DNA of 64,000 nucleotides. Source: Rhynchocyon petersi (Eukaryota). Each line of letters begins with the position of its first letter. Position 1 is the stretch's first letter. The DNA lies in contig CM091797.1 in the NCBI GenBank assembly GCA_043290085.1, positions 22,366,880 to 22,430,879 on the forward strand, given 5' to 3'. The translations under genes were made by a program, and so were the position numbers. Positions 10,850 to 22,989 of the stretch are shown here, piece after piece. The notes under the pieces were generated by a model that saw only the letters and a program-made list of their open reading frames with translations, did no database searches and was not told the DNA's origin.

Positions 10850-12560
10850 GATGAGGCGGGCGCTGGCCTCAAGCCCTGACCATGGGGCTCTCAGCCTCAG
10901 CGCGCGGGGTCCGAGGCGGTTCCACTGATTGCTGTGCGCCTGGAAGGAGGCTCATTCCTGTGGCTCGGGATCTGAGGGGGACTAAGGCGTGGACGAAACT
11001 GCCCTATGACAAAGGAAACATGATCCGTCTTCGCCGCCAAGGTTTCAGAGAGGAGTGACTTGGAGGAGGGTCGCGCAGCGCGCCGAGCCCAGACCGCAGT
11101 GAACCAAGACCTGAGCGGAGCGGGTAGCGGGACATGTAATATCTTCCTGCCTATGAATAATTCAGGGCGGCCCGCGGGGACCTGCGGCCTCGCGCTACAA
11201 TGAGGATAGGCGGGAAGAGAAGGGCACGTGGGAGGCACTGCCCCGACGATGCGGGGGCGCGGGCCGGGGCCGCTTGGGTGCGCGTGCGTGGTGACCGTGG
11301 TTGCCGAGCGGGGCGGGGCGCGGGAGGCTCGAGGCGCGTGGGGCGCGCATGCGTACTGGACGCGTGAGGCCGCCGCCGGATCCCAGGAGGCGCGGCAGCT
11401 GCAGTGGAGCCTCTCGACCGCCGGGAAGGGAAGGCCTCGCCCTGCGGTGGACAAGCCCTCAGCTCAGTCCGCCGGCCACCCAGGAGACCCTCTCTCTGCG
11501 TCCTGCGGCGGGGCGGCCGGCGCGCGGCGCGCGGGGTCACTTGATTGGCGACGCGCTGCTCCCGCCTTTGCTAGTTTGGGGCACCTTCCCCTCTAGAGAT
11601 GAGCAGCTGGCGTGGCCTAGTGGGGAGGAGCTGCGCTGCCACCGCAAAGGCACGCGGTTCGATTCGCCAGCCGCTCCGCGGGATCAGGAGTGGTGTTAAC
11701 TCCCGTGTGTGATAAATACACCCTCCGGAAACCCGCGGGAGGGGCATATGAGTCGGTCACGACTCCACGGTACCCATCATCATCATCATCATCCCCTCTC
11801 GAGAAGGCCCAGCTGCTCCCAAGCATCCTCTGACCTCGCCGCCCGGCCTGTCAGGACTCTTGTGTGGCCTGGGAAGGCACGCGTGTCCTGAGTCCTCCGG
11901 GAGGAAGCTGTGTCGCCCCCTGGTGGCGGCGTTTAATGCCCATAGTGTCGGGGGCGGCCCGCGCGCCTGCTCCTGATCGCAGGTCTGAGCGATGACTCAG
12001 GCTGCGTGAGTGGGCAGCAGCCCCCCCACCCCCTGCGTCAGATCTCGCCTCCTCCTCTTCCTCTCTGGTCTCCGTCCTCCTCGTTCCTGAGACCAACCTC
12101 CAGACCTGCCTGCTGTGCAAGGAGCCGTGCGGTCGCCGGGTCGAGCTTCCTCCGCATCCTCGCCGTCCTCACAGACGTCCACGTCCTAGTGGCCATGGCT
12201 GCCGGCGGCGGGCGGCGTTGAGCTGGGAAAGCCGCCCAGGCTGCGCTGCCCCATGTGCAAGCAGAGCGGTGCTGGCTGAGGCGCCTCCCCGCTCGCGCTT
12301 ACCGGAGGCTCAGGAGGCTGGGCCGCGTCGCCGTCTGTCCTGCTGCTCCAGCGGCCTCATGGCTGCAGTTCCTGTGATGAGGGCAACGCCACCTCGACTG
12401 CCAGGAGCACCTGTGCGATAATGGCATCTGCGCGTGCCAGCGCGTGCGCCTCACCAAGGCCCACTGTACCGAGCGCGGCCCGCCGGGCCCCTGCAGCGGC
12501 GGCACAGAAGCTCGGGCTCGGACCATCCTGCACCAGCTCGCCCATCTTCATCCTCTCCGT
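10850..12560. promoter_or_regulatory. CpG island (about 1.7 kb, very GC- and CpG-rich), candidate promoter with a possible non-coding first exon of the downstream + strand HEAT-repeat gene
   Basis: Dense CpG and high GC read directly (runs such as gcggggtccgaggcgg, gcgcgcgcctgc, gccgccggatcc). It is the only CpG island in the window, upstream of and on the same side as the gene beginning at about 35.7 kb. No TSS could be pinned. Confidence 0.55.
11599..11795 (+). mobile_element. SINE family A inserted inside the CpG island, with target site duplication (cccctctagaga / cccctctcgaga)
   Basis: gagcagctggcgtggcctagtggggaggagctgcgctgccaccgcaaaggcacgcggttcgattcgccagccgctccgcggg...catatgagtcggtcacgactccacggtacc (CAT)n. 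Confidence 0.8.
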
Positions 12561-13191
12561 GTTTCCCCAGCGCCTCGGCTTCTGCCAGCACCAGAGGAGA
12601 GTCTGTGAAGCAGACTCCAGGGAAGCATGTGAAGGCAGCTCCACTCACTTTGACTTGGTGTCTATCTGCTCTCAGAATCCCCTGCTCACTCTGCGAGGTC
12701 CCCTCCCGTATCCCTACGTTCTGCACAGCCTGGCCTGCCTTCACCAGGGACAGGGAAGTCACCCATATGCCTCCATTAACTCTTTTGTCAAACCTGTCAC
12801 GTGCCCGAGGCATGGAAAGTAAGAGGATAAAAGGATCCCTGGATGGTGGGCATGCCAGATGGCACTCTGTCAGACCCTGGTACTTCCCTTCCTGGCTTTG
12901 TAACTTAGTGTTGAACACAATGCTGTCATTCTGCCACTACTTGGGGCCACTTCGTGACTCCCTCTACCCCATGATATCTGGACCATTGCTCCATGAAACA
13001 CCTTTCTCCTCCCAGCCACCCTGCAGACCAGGCCCAGCACATGTGTGGGGACAGACAAGGCTCCAGCTCTTACTCTGTGGCCAGAGGGTGACACACCTCC
13101 TGCTTGTAGGTGCTTCCTGGTGGAGTATGGGGCTACACTGTGATGAGAGGACCAGGCTGGGACACCTTCTAGAAGAAAAACCAAATCAAAC

Positions 13192-13370
13192 GTGTTGCTA
13201 TTGAGTTGATTCCCACTCGTAGTGGTCTTGAAAGAGTAGATTGTCTCCAGAGGGTCCCTAAGGCTACCATCTTCATGGAGCATACAGCCTCCTCCCTCTC
13301 CTGTGGAGCTGCTAGGGTTCGATCCACAAACATTTTGTTAGCAGCCAAGTGCTTACCCCTTGAACCAAAG
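13192..13370 (-). mobile_element. AfroSINE-type tRNA-like SINE (family B), minus
   Basis: Reverse complement of ...gcacttggctgctaacaaaatgtttgtggatcgaaccctagcagctcc... Confidence 0.7.
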
Positions 13371-13689
13371 CTCTTTTTTTCCCAGAGGGAAGAACCCTGG
13401 AAAAACACATTGTATGAAAAGGAAAAGTAGGATTTGCTCCCTGGGTGGAAGTTCAGAAGTACAAATTTACCTGAGATGTAAATGTCCTTCATTATTGGGG
13501 GCAACCTTCTCTCCAGCCTTCCACATCAAATGGATCTGAAAAACAGTCCCCCTGGAGCAGGTCCTTCTGCCCCACAGGAGATGGTGCTGTGTGCATGTCA
13601 TCTTCTTGCAACAATTGGGGAGAAGGGCCTACATGGTGGTGTGGTGTGGGGGGAATGCCTGGTAAATGTGTCTTTCTGTTGAAACACAT

Positions 13690-14320
13690 CAAAAGACTTG
13701 ACGCATTGGGAAAATCGACTTCAAGGACCTCTCCAAAGTGCTAAAGAGCAACAATGTCAGTTTAAGGACTAAGGTGTGCCTGGGCAAACAGTATCCTGAT
13801 CCAAACAATATTTTCAATTGCTTCCTATGCACCTGAAGGTTGGATAATGAGTAAGGATAACAAAAGAAAATTCAATACCTTTACATTGTGTGTTAGAGAA
13901 TAGCACGTTGTGTTGTGACTACTCGTAGTGACTCTCTGAACAGCAGACATGAAACCTGCCCTATCCGCCTGAACAGCAGACATGAAACATGCCCAATCCG
14001 CCTGTAGATGGCTGGAAAACCCAACAAGTCTGTGGTGGAGGAGGTGCAACCAGCATGCTTCTTGTAGGCAAGGTGAGTGAAACTTTGTCTCATATACTTC
14101 TGGCGTGTTGTCAAGGTGCCCTGTCAGTAGGAAAATGCATCATGCTGGGAAGGGTGCAGGGTCCGAGAAAGAGGGGAAGACCCTCAACAAGATGGATTGA
14201 CACAGTGGCTCTAACAATGCGCTCAAGCATATCAGAGATGGTGAGGATGGCTGGAGAGGATATTGTTCAGATTTCTTGTTTGTTCATGGGGCCACTGTGA
14301 GTCAGAGTCTGCTTGGAGGT
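13690..14320 (+). mobile_element. Rearranged RTE/BovB 3' fragments (plus, with a short minus tail piece and a 30-bp internal duplication at about 13925-13990)
   Basis: ORF ...PNPPVDGWKTQQVCGGGGATSMLLVGKVSETLSHI...GRVQGPRKRGRPSTRWIDTVALTMRSSISEMVRMAGEDIVQISCLFMGPL. Confidence 0.7.
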
Positions 14321-14534
14321 ACCTAACTATGTTTGTTTATAATGCAGAGTCCTGGTCACTGGTAAGCTATGATGGCCAGGAGCCTGGGCTCCAGCCTATG
14401 TGTGGCCTGTGGAGGTCGGTGGGTGGGATGGGGTGGTCTTCTGCCTCAGGTGAACTAGATTGGTTGCCAGCAAGTGTGCTCCAACCCACAATGTTCCCAC
14501 GTGTGCCAGAGTAGGCCTGTCCTCCCTAAACTTC

Positions 14535-14635
14535 CAAATGGCTGATTTTTCAGAAGATCACCAGGCCTTTGTTTCAAAGGGTCTCTGAGTGGATTTGAAC
14601 AGCTAACCTATTGGTATTAGCCACTGAGCCACCAG
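14535..14635 (-). mobile_element. AfroSINE-type SINE fragment (family B), minus
   Basis: ggatttgaacagctaacctattggtattagccactgagccaccagc. Confidence 0.6.
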
Positions 14636-15599
14636 CATTTCTCAAGGAAGGAGAAAGAGGTGTTTATTATGTGTGATAATTGTTTCTGAATCATTATCAA
14701 CTCTAATTATTGGCCACAAATTTCAGTCTGAAATCAGAGTGTAACAGGGTTTTACAATGCAGTAAAGAGAGTATTAGCAGGTCCAGGCTGTCTTGCCGTC
14801 CGTTCAGTGTGCTGTTTTCTCAGTACTGCCATAATGTGACACTTGTGAATGCAGAAGACTGTAAAGTGTCCACAGATCCTGTAAAACATGCACAGGAGAG
14901 ATCAGTATTACTCCCAAGTTTAAACCCTAGTAAAAGATAATTAAGGTCTTGGTCAAAGGGTGACAGGAGGCGTAACTTACATGCAAAACTAACCTTGGGA
15001 GGCACCCCAGTGGGTGGCAGGTGTACAGGAAGAGTCCAGCCTCCAGGCCTGCGTCTGGGCAGCTGCACTCTACGGAGGAGGCCGCAGTGCACAAGGGGCC
15101 AGGAAGCCTCTTTCTCTTTTGACAAGTGTGGGTGTGGGTATGAGGGCTGAGCAGAGGGGTTTGGTACTGGGGCCCATCTGGGACAGTTCCACTGGACGCT
15201 GCCAAGGTGAAGGACAGCTCTGAGCACTGCCATCCTCACCTACACTTTGTAAATTGCCACAAACCCTTCCAAGGTGTGGGCCAGAGACGAGGCCAAAGAC
15301 AATGTTACAGATAGTCTGATGGTCCACACTCAGTGCCTGGAGGAGACTCTGCCCATGTGTTCACTAGAGACTAGCTCCATATCCATCCTGTCCCTTCTCT
15401 TCTGCTCCCTGGGAAGAAGGACTGCCAACCAGATGTACTGGGCCGTTGGTTTGTGCACAGTGGACCTTGCGTCCCTGGTCTTGCCCTGAGCTGACACCTC
15501 TGGCCTTCCTCTAACTTTGTGCCTGTACATAACTAACCATAACCAGGTGCCGATAATCCTTGATCTCCACCAGTCACTCCAATCCAAATAAGGGACTTG

Positions 15600-15760
15600 A
15601 TGAGGTGACCATGACATTTTTGAGAAGCTCCACTCAAAGGTAGGTGGTTTGAATCTACTAGCTGCTCCAAGCGAGAAAAATGGATAATCAGTCTCCTGTG
15701 AGATTTGCAGCCTCTGAAAACCTGCTGGAGGGGCAGCTGTGAATTGGTTCCAAACTGGTG
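15600..15760 (+). mobile_element. AfroSINE-type SINE (family B)
   Basis: aaaggtaggtggtttgaatctactagctgctccaagcgagaaa...ctggaggggcagctgtgaattggttcc. Confidence 0.7.
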
Positions 15761-15774
15761 GCAAGCAGTTTGGG

Positions 15775-15960
15775 AGTAGTGCAGTGGTTAAGCAGTCAGC
15801 TGCTAACCAATAGGTTGAGGGTTCAAATCCAACAGTCTGGAGAGACAACAGGGGCATTCTAGCCCTGTCATGGTGGCAGCCTGGAACCTCTATGGGGGAT
15901 GTGCCCCTGCCCTGCAGGGTCACTGTGAGCCCGAACAGACTCAACAGCAATGGGTTTTGG
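15775..15960 (+). mobile_element. AfroSINE-type SINE (family B)
   Basis: agtgcagtggttaagcagtcagctgctaaccaataggttgagggttcaaatccaacag...gggtcactgtgagcccgaacagactcaacagcaatgggtttt. Confidence 0.8.
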
Positions 15961-16314
15961 GGTTTGGATGCCTTTTAAAGTGCAGTGAGCAAGACCAGTT
16001 GCTGTGGAGTCGATTCTGCATGAGTGTCAGAGCACAACTCTGACTTCATGGCACATAATAATAAGTCTCGCAGCGAGACGCACTGACAGAGAGACTGCAC
16101 AATGGCCCGAGCATGGAGGACGTGGTGAGGGTAGTTCGGGGTAGGGCAAGGGCCCATCTACTGTTATGCGGTCACTGTGAGTCTTACCGACTTGAAGGCA
16201 CCTAACACCACCAAGTCCCACAGACAGTTTCTTCCTGTGATGTGTTTTTGATTCACTATTCAGTCTGCAAGCGGTATCTGTGTGTGTGGGTATGTGCACG
16301 TGTACAAGTATGAG

Positions 16315-16495
16315 AGTATGGTGGTGGTGGGGTACCGTTGAGTAGTGACTGACTCATAGTGACCCTCCCGAGGGTTTCCAGAGGCATTATCTCACACAGG
16401 AGTTGAAGCCACTCTTCCTCCTGCAGAGCAGCTGGCAGATTCGAACCGCATGCCTTTGGGTTGGCAGCACAGCTCCTTTACCACTAGGCCACGTG
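16315..16495 (-). mobile_element. SINE family A (minus); first member of a minus/plus/minus SINE cluster
   Basis: ggtggtggtggggtaccgttgagtagtgactgactcatagtgaccctcc...ccactaggccacgtg. Confidence 0.8.
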
Positions 16496-16502
16496 TGCAT
16501 AT

Positions 16503-16693
16503 GAGCAGCTGGCATGGGCTAGTGGTAAGGGAGCTGTTCTGCCAATCCAAAGGCACGCGGTTCGAATCTGCCAGCTTCTCTGCGGGAGAAAGAGTGGCTT
16601 CAACTCCTGTGAGAGATACTGCCTCTGGAAACCCCCCACAGGGTCACGATGAGTCAGTTACAACTTGACGGTATCCCACCACCACTGCCACCC
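16503..16693 (+). mobile_element. SINE family A (plus); head-to-head with the preceding copy across a 7-bp spacer
   Basis: gagcagctggcatgggctagtggtaagggagctg...gggtcacgatgagtcagttacaacttgacggtatcccaccaccactgccacc. Confidence 0.8.
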
Positions 16694-16707
16694 TCCATGA
16701 GAGTGAT

Positions 16708-16889
16708 GGTGGTGGTGGTGTGTACCATCAAGTCGTGAACGACTCATAGTGACCCTCCTGAGGGTTTCCGGAGGCGGTGTCTCACACGGAAGTAGAAACC
16801 ACTCTTTCTCCCACAGAGCGGCTGGCAGGTTTGAACCGGGTGCCTTTGAGCTTGCAGCGCAGCTCTTTCACCACTAGGCCATACCAGTG
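16708..16889 (-). mobile_element. SINE family A (minus); tail-to-tail with the preceding copy across a 14-bp spacer
   Basis: tggtggtggtggtgtgtaccatcaagtcgtgaacgactcatagtgaccc...ccactaggccataccagtg. Confidence 0.8.
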
Positions 16890-17894
16890 ATACACGAGGG
16901 TTTATATGGGTGTGTGCATGTGAGTGTGTGTCTGCTTGTGCTTGTGTGTATGTGAATATGCCTGTGATTGTGTGTGAGTGAGCTCTGGTGCGGCATTGCA
17001 CAGCTAACCTAAAGGCGGCCCCTCTGTGCTGGATCAAATCCACTGTCTGCTCTACAGGAGAAGCTGGGCCATCTCCCCGTGTGATTTACAGTCTCTGAAA
17101 TCCCTGCGGGTCAGCTCCTCGGTGGTTCCCATGTAACAGCAGTAAGTTAAAAATGTCATTATTATGATTGTCCACGTACATTATGTTCCAAAAGTTGCAC
17201 TTGGTCCCTGCCCTCCACTACTCCTCCCCTCGGGTCCCGTCCTTTAGCTCCACAGTCAGCCCTGCACTGTCTCTGCAGTCCTGGCCCTTCACCACATGCC
17301 AGTCCCCTGTCCCCCACTTGACTGGACATTCACAGACCACACAACGTCGTCAAATGTAACACCCTCTGTCCTCACGTCTCTTCCTCTGCAGTTGATCTTT
17401 CCAGCTCCTGATCCCCCATATAGTGCTTGTCCGCAGATTTTGTTTCTGTTCTTCCTGTCCCTTGCCCCAGTTTCCCCTCCATTGGTAACAGCAGTGGTCC
17501 TGTCCAGTGCTTGTCCTGTGTGACCAAGACAGTTCCCTCATCATAGTGTGAAGACATGCTATGTGCATGTGTGAGTAGTGCTAGGCGTATATCTGTGTAT
17601 ACGGTTGAATGTGTGTGTGATCGTATAAAGTTGGATGACTGCATGTGTGTGCACGTGAACATGCTTGTGTGTGCGCCTGCACGTTGATTCACCTGGGTAG
17701 GAATGCCTGCGTGCAGGTGGACAGGCGCTCAGGAACCCTGGCAGAGAGACCTCGGCCGGCAGGTGGGGCGGTCGGGCGCCCCCTACAGGTCCCCGGCTGA
17801 CCTCACAGCCCTGTCACTCAGAAACCACTGGGGGTTTATTTGCATTTCTCCATCAGGTGGCCTCCTGGCTAAGGAGAGAGAGGAGACATAGGGA

Positions 17895-17927
17895 CACACA
17901 CACACACACACGCACGCACGCACGCAG
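17895..17927. repeat. (CA)n/(CACG)n microsatellite
   Basis: acacacacacacacacgcacgcacgcacgcag. Confidence 0.85.
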
Positions 17928-18299
17928 AGACCCATCGTCACACACCACCCGCCCCTAGACAGACACTGCTGAGGGTCCTGCCCACTCCCCTAACCACCGC
18001 CCACCGCCCACACCCAGTGTCCACAGGGACCCAGTCATCCCGGCTGTCCCTTCTGTGCCTGCACCATGGGCTGGTGCTACATAGCTGCACCCAGCTGCAC
18101 CCCAGTCGGGGTACTGCCCTGATTTCTGGTGTCCCCCCTTTACCCTTGACCACGGCTCAGCGAGGGTGGAGCCGTCTCAGCTCCAGGAGAATGAAGCGCA
18201 TTTCCGGGCAATCCGCTGGTGTGTGGGTCGGGGGTTCGAGTCCAGCTCGCAGGGATGTGGGGCCCTCGCCCTCCACCCTGGGAGGGGGCTTGTTGCGTC

Positions 18300-18470
18300 G
18301 TCAGGAAAAAAGCCGGGAACCTGACTGCACGGGGGGGGGGGGAATCGTTGTTAGGAACCCTCGGGTCGGAACCGACCCTTGCTGACCCTCAGGCGGGTTT
18401 GCAGAGGCTGTGCGCCGCCCGGAGTGGATTGCCCCCGCAGGACGGTTACTGCTGAGCCATCTCTGTTTCA
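18300..18470 (-). mobile_element. CpG-rich SINE-like element with an RTE-type tail (minus), lower confidence
   Basis: tcgttgttaggaaccctcgggtcggaaccgaccc... reverse orientation; upstream 18180-18260 carries a tRNA-like T-arm gggttcgagtcc. Confidence 0.45.
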
Positions 18471-18779
18471 GAACCTTTACCCCCAATACACACTTACTGC
18501 TATGACCCCCTGAGCCAAGACTAGAACTTGCGTGTGACCACACTGCCATCTTGTAGATGTTGCAAAGGTGGCTGATCTCACCTGCGGTAAAGAGTCCAGG
18601 CAGCGAAGTGGTTAAGCACTCGACTGCTTAACTATATAGGTCAATAGTTAGAATCCACCAGCTGCTTCTCTGGAGACATGACCTGGCATTTGTTCCCGTG
18701 ATGATTATAGCCCAAGAAACCCCTTGGGACAGTTGTTATCTGTCCCATCAGCTGCTACGATTCACAACCTACTTGAAAG

Positions 18780-18960
18780 CCACAGGCTACTTGGTGGTGC
18801 AAATGATTAAGCACCTGGCTATTAACTGAAAGGTAGGTTTGAGTTCACCCAGAAGTGCCTCAGAAGAAAGACCTGGTGACCTGTCTCTGAAAGAATCACC
18901 CATTGAATATGCAACAGAGCACAGCTCTACTCTAACAACCCGTGGTGTCTCAGTGGCAGC
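18780..18960 (+). mobile_element. AfroSINE-type SINE (family B); a shorter related fragment lies at about 18595-18680
   Basis: ggtggtgcaaatgattaagcacctggctattaactgaaaggtaggtttgagttcacccagaagtgcctcag... Confidence 0.8.
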
Positions 18961-19214
18961 TAGTGAGGTGCTCTGAGAGTGGGGGCTCTGGGCAAGGTCA
19001 GTATTCTGTCCCAAGTGGACAGGGTGAGGCTGACCCTGCAGGCTGAGTCCAATAGCTACCCTCAGAGTCTCCTGTTCCTGAATGTGTGGCAGGGAGCCTG
19101 GGGTGCAGTTAGCACCCCAGCATCAGTGCTTCCATTTGCAAGGGAGAAAAGCTTGGGAGTAGAGATCTGCACATAGGATGTATTCCTCTCTGTCCTAGTT
19201 TTATCAGGTCTAAA

Positions 19215-19980
19215 ACGAGATGACACAACCCTGCTTGCTGAAAGTGAGGAGGACTTTGAAAGTTTGCTGAAGAAGCTCAAGGACTGCAGTCTTCAGTATG
19301 GATTATGGCTAAACCTCAAGAAAATCAAGATCCTTATCACTGGGCCAAGAGGCAACATCATAATTGATGGAGAAAGGATTGAAACTGTCGATTATATAAT
19401 CTTACTTGGACCCACAGTCAAGAGTTTTAGCACCAGCAGTCAAGAAATCAAGAGACACATCACATTTGAGAGAGACTGCTGTTAAAGTCCTTTCCAAAGT
19501 CCTGCAGAGTCATGATGTCGTCTTGAAGACAAAGGTGCACCTGATTCAAACCATGGTCTTCTCAGTTACTAGCTGTGCATCAGAAAGTTGGACAAATAGG
19601 ATGACAGAAGAATTGATATCTTGGAGCTGTGGTGATGGAGAAGAGTGCTCAATGTTCCAAAGACTGCCCAAAGAACTAACAAATATGCCCAGGAGAGAGT
19701 GCAGCCAGAGTGTTCCTTAGAGGCAAGGAGGGTGAAACTTTGCCTCAAATATTTTGGACATGTTTGTTAGGAGAGGCCAGTCCCTGGAAAGGGACATCAT
19801 GCTTGGAAAGTAGAGGGTCAGGAAAGAGAGACAGACCTTGGACTAGGTGGATGGGCACAATGACTGCATTGATGGTTTCAGGTAGCTGTGTTAGGGATGG
19901 TGAGGATGGTGCAGGATAGAGCAGGTTTGAGATCTGTTGTTCGTAGGATTGCAATGAGTTGTTTTCTACTTGATCCATGT
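19215..19980 (+). mobile_element. RTE/BovB-type LINE 3' part (plus), degenerate
   Basis: ORFs ...LKKLKDCSLQYGLWLNLKKIKILITGPRGNIIIDGERIETV... and ...KTKVHLIQTMVFSVTSCASESWT...; the tail RIAMS at about 19975. Confidence 0.8.
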
Positions 19981-19984
19981 TACA

Positions 19985-21395
19985 GAGTGAGCAGCACTGA
20001 AGGCATTGGGGACAAAAAAAGCACCCCAGGAATAGATGGAATACCCATTGACATGTTTCAACAAACAGATGCAGCCCTGGCTGTACTCACTAAACAGTGC
20101 CATGAAATCTGGGAGATAACAACCTGCCCAATTAACTGGAAGAGATCAGTATTTGTTCCAATTCCCCAAAAAGGTGATCCCAAAGAATGTGGAAACTACC
20201 GAACAGTATAATTGATATCACATGCAAGAAAATCATATTGAAGGTTATTAAAAAACAACTGGAGCAGTACATAGACAGAGAGCTGCCAGAAACTTAGGCT
20301 GGATTCAGAAGAGGCTGTGGGACCAGGGATATCATTGTAGAAGTCAGATGTATCTTGGGCAAAAGTAAAGAAAACAAGAAGAATGTCTAGTTACATTTAA
20401 TTGACGATGCAAAAGTATTTGATTGTGTGGATCACAACAAACTATGGCTAACTAAGGAAAATGGGAATTCCAGAGTACACAATTGTACTTATGTGAAGTC
20501 TGTACCTAGATCAAGAAGCTGTTATCTGAACATAGCATGGGAATACTGTATGGTTCAAAGTAAGGAAAAGAGTGTGTCAAGACTGTATCCTATCTCCATA
20601 CCTATTAAATCTGTATGCGAAGTAAATGGTTCAGGAAGCAGGGCTCTATGGGGAAGAGGTTGACATCAGGATTGGAGGAAGATGCCTCAACAACGTGCAA
20701 TATGCAGATGACATAACCCTGCTAGCTGGAAGTGAAGAGGACTTGAAAAGTTTGCTGAAGAAACTCAAGAACTGCAGTCTTCAGTGTGGATTACGGCAAA
20801 ACCTCAGGAAAACAGGATCCTTACCATTGGGCCAACAGGAAGCATCATAATTGATGGAAAAAGGATTGAAATGGTCAATGATTTAATCTTACTTGGATCC
20901 ACAGTCAACACTTTTAGTACCAACAGCCAAGAAATCATGAGACTCATCACATTGGGAAAGGCTACTGTTAAAGGCCTTTCTAAAGTACTGAAGGGTAATG
21001 TCAATTTGAAGACAAAGATACACCTGATTTAAACCATGGTCTTCTCAATTACTAGCTATGGATCTGAAAGTTGGATGATGACTAGGGAAGACAGAAGAAG
21101 AATTGATGCCTTCGAGCTGTGGTGTTGAAGAAGAGTGCTCAACATCCTGTGGTTGGCCAAAAGAAGAAGAAAATATGTCCTGGAGAGAGTCCAACCAGAA
21201 TGCTCCTTGGAGGCATGGATAGGGAAGCTTCATCTCACATATTTTGGACATGTTGTTAGGAGAGGCCAACCCCTGGAAAGCGACATTATGCTTCGAAAGG
21301 AGGTGGATCAGAGAAAGAGAGGCAGACCTTCCACTAGATGGATGCACGCAGTGACTGCAGTGATGGGCTCGAGTGTGTCAGGGATGGTGAGTGTG
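19985..21395 (+). mobile_element. RTE/BovB-type LINE, RT domain through near the 3' end (plus), immediately tandem to the previous fragment
   Basis: ...IDGIPIDMFQQTDAALAVLTKQCHEIWEITTCPINWKRSVFVPIPQKGDPKECGNYRTV...IGGRCLNNVQYADDITLLAGSEEDLKSLLKKL...KRGRPSTRWMHAVTAVMGSSVSGMV. Confidence 0.8.
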
Positions 21396-21399
21396 CAAG

Positions 21400-21545
21400 G
21401 TGGACTAGTATGCACACACATGAAGACACATCTTTGCAGACACAGATGAGTGTGCAGACACATGTGCATCCACATATGTGCATTCACATAGGCATGTACA
21501 TAGACACATGTGCGCACAGAGGTGTGTGCGCACACACATCACATG
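21400..21545. repeat. (CACATG)/(CA)-rich simple repeat replacing the RTE tail
   Basis: cacacatgaagacacatc...cacatgtgcatccacatatgtgcattcacataggcatgtacatagacacatgtgcgcacagaggtgtgtgcgcacacacatcacatg. Confidence 0.75.
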
Positions 21546-22989
21546 AACACTTCTCTCCATAGTCCAAGATGGGACTACATTCAGTGTCCTATGGGAACTA
21601 GTGGTGTGTGCTCCTCTGGTTTGAGGGTGAAGAGAAACCCCATTCTACCCAGCCAGGCTCTGGCTTAACCCCACTTCTACCCCTGTCCTGGCCCCCAGGG
21701 CAGAGGGTTGCCCCCTCCTGGGTCACTGTTGCCAGCGTTCACTGTGTCGCCAAGTGCAGCCCAGCGCCCATGGCCGCATTTGGCCATAAGGGGAGATTAC
21801 TCCCTGGCACAGCCCAGAGACAAGTAGGTGCCTGGGACTGGGCAGAAATGAGACATTTACTGTCTGTAGCTGCAGGGAGGTGACTGTCAGGGTGAGGGAG
21901 TTGCCAGTGGGTGGGCAGCCCTTCTGGCCCTGGTGGGAGATAGGAATGTCTCCCTGGAAAGCTTGGACCCTCCAGTGGGGTGCACAGGCCTGTTCCCCAA
22001 CAGCTGGTGGGGGCTGGTGGAGAACTCCAGCCTGGCTCAGGCAGACCTGTGGTTTGGCCCAGTGCTAACTGATCAGGGCATCGCTTCCCTGTCCCGGGCA
22101 GGCCTTCAGCTGGGCTAGAGTGCTGTCCCTGTGCTGTGGCTGCTGTGAGCTGGCTTCAGGGCCCCACAGACCAACTCTGGGCAGGCCTGTCCACTGGCAG
22201 AGGCAGGGGAGGCCAAGAGGCTGAGGAAGACAGGGATGGGGGCTGGAGGACAGGAGAGCTCTGGATGGGCGAGGACTAGGTGCAAGGAAAGAATCCTCAG
22301 AGGACAGGACAGGAGTGCTGGAACAGACAGGGCAGCAGGTCTGTGGTACCCATGACACGCTGGCTGACAAGAGCCCTGTCCACCACCTTCTGGCCTCATG
22401 TGTGACAGTCCTGACCAGCTCCTGCCCGCTTCCACAGTCCCAGGGGTCTCTAAGCCCTCACCCACCAGGGACAGGGATGACATAGCTCATTACAACCCAT
22501 TCCCTAGGCTCTGCTCAGCCAGTCCATCCCTGCAACTGAAGGTCAGCCAAGTGGAAGAGGCCTGTCTGCTATTGACTGAATGGTTTGCTGGGACCAAGGA
22601 GAGCTCTCATCTGCCTGGAAAACACATGTCCATGGAGTGATAGTCGGGGGAGCATCGTTCCTTAATTCAATATCCCTGGACTGCAATTGGCGTTTGGGTG
22701 GCTGACAGTGGATGTACTAACGGTGGGAGGGGCTGGTCGGAGGGAGGTAGGCAGGTAGGCGGTCCTGCTGGACAGTAATCCATGGGCCAATCTCTCCATT
22801 CCTGCCACCATCAACCTCCCAATCGCCTTTAGCTGCTTTTTCATTAATTGTTCACTCGTCCTGCCCAGGGGAGGAAAAGAACATCAGAGGAACACTCGAC
22901 CGACCATATCGCTTCCTGCCAAACGTCTCACTGGCCATACTACTTGACCAGACCCAGAGCTTTCCTCTGCACCTGCCTGTTGCTACCCA

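Noticed and set aside
10897-13204. Long ORFs on both strands in the CpG-island region (for example 12434-13204 +, 256 aa; 10897-11454 -, 185 aa; 11151-11540 -, 129 aa; 11301-11699 +, 132 aa)
   Set aside because: GC-rich DNA lacks stop codons by chance. The translations are Pro/Arg/Ala/Gly low-complexity, mutually overlapping on opposite strands, and one runs straight through a SINE insertion. No splice-consistent structure.
17700-18470. Second GC-rich stretch that might be a CpG island or promoter
   Set aside because: Much of it is a CpG-rich SINE-like element (18300-18470) plus a tRNA-like fragment. Too short and TE-derived to call a promoter with any confidence.
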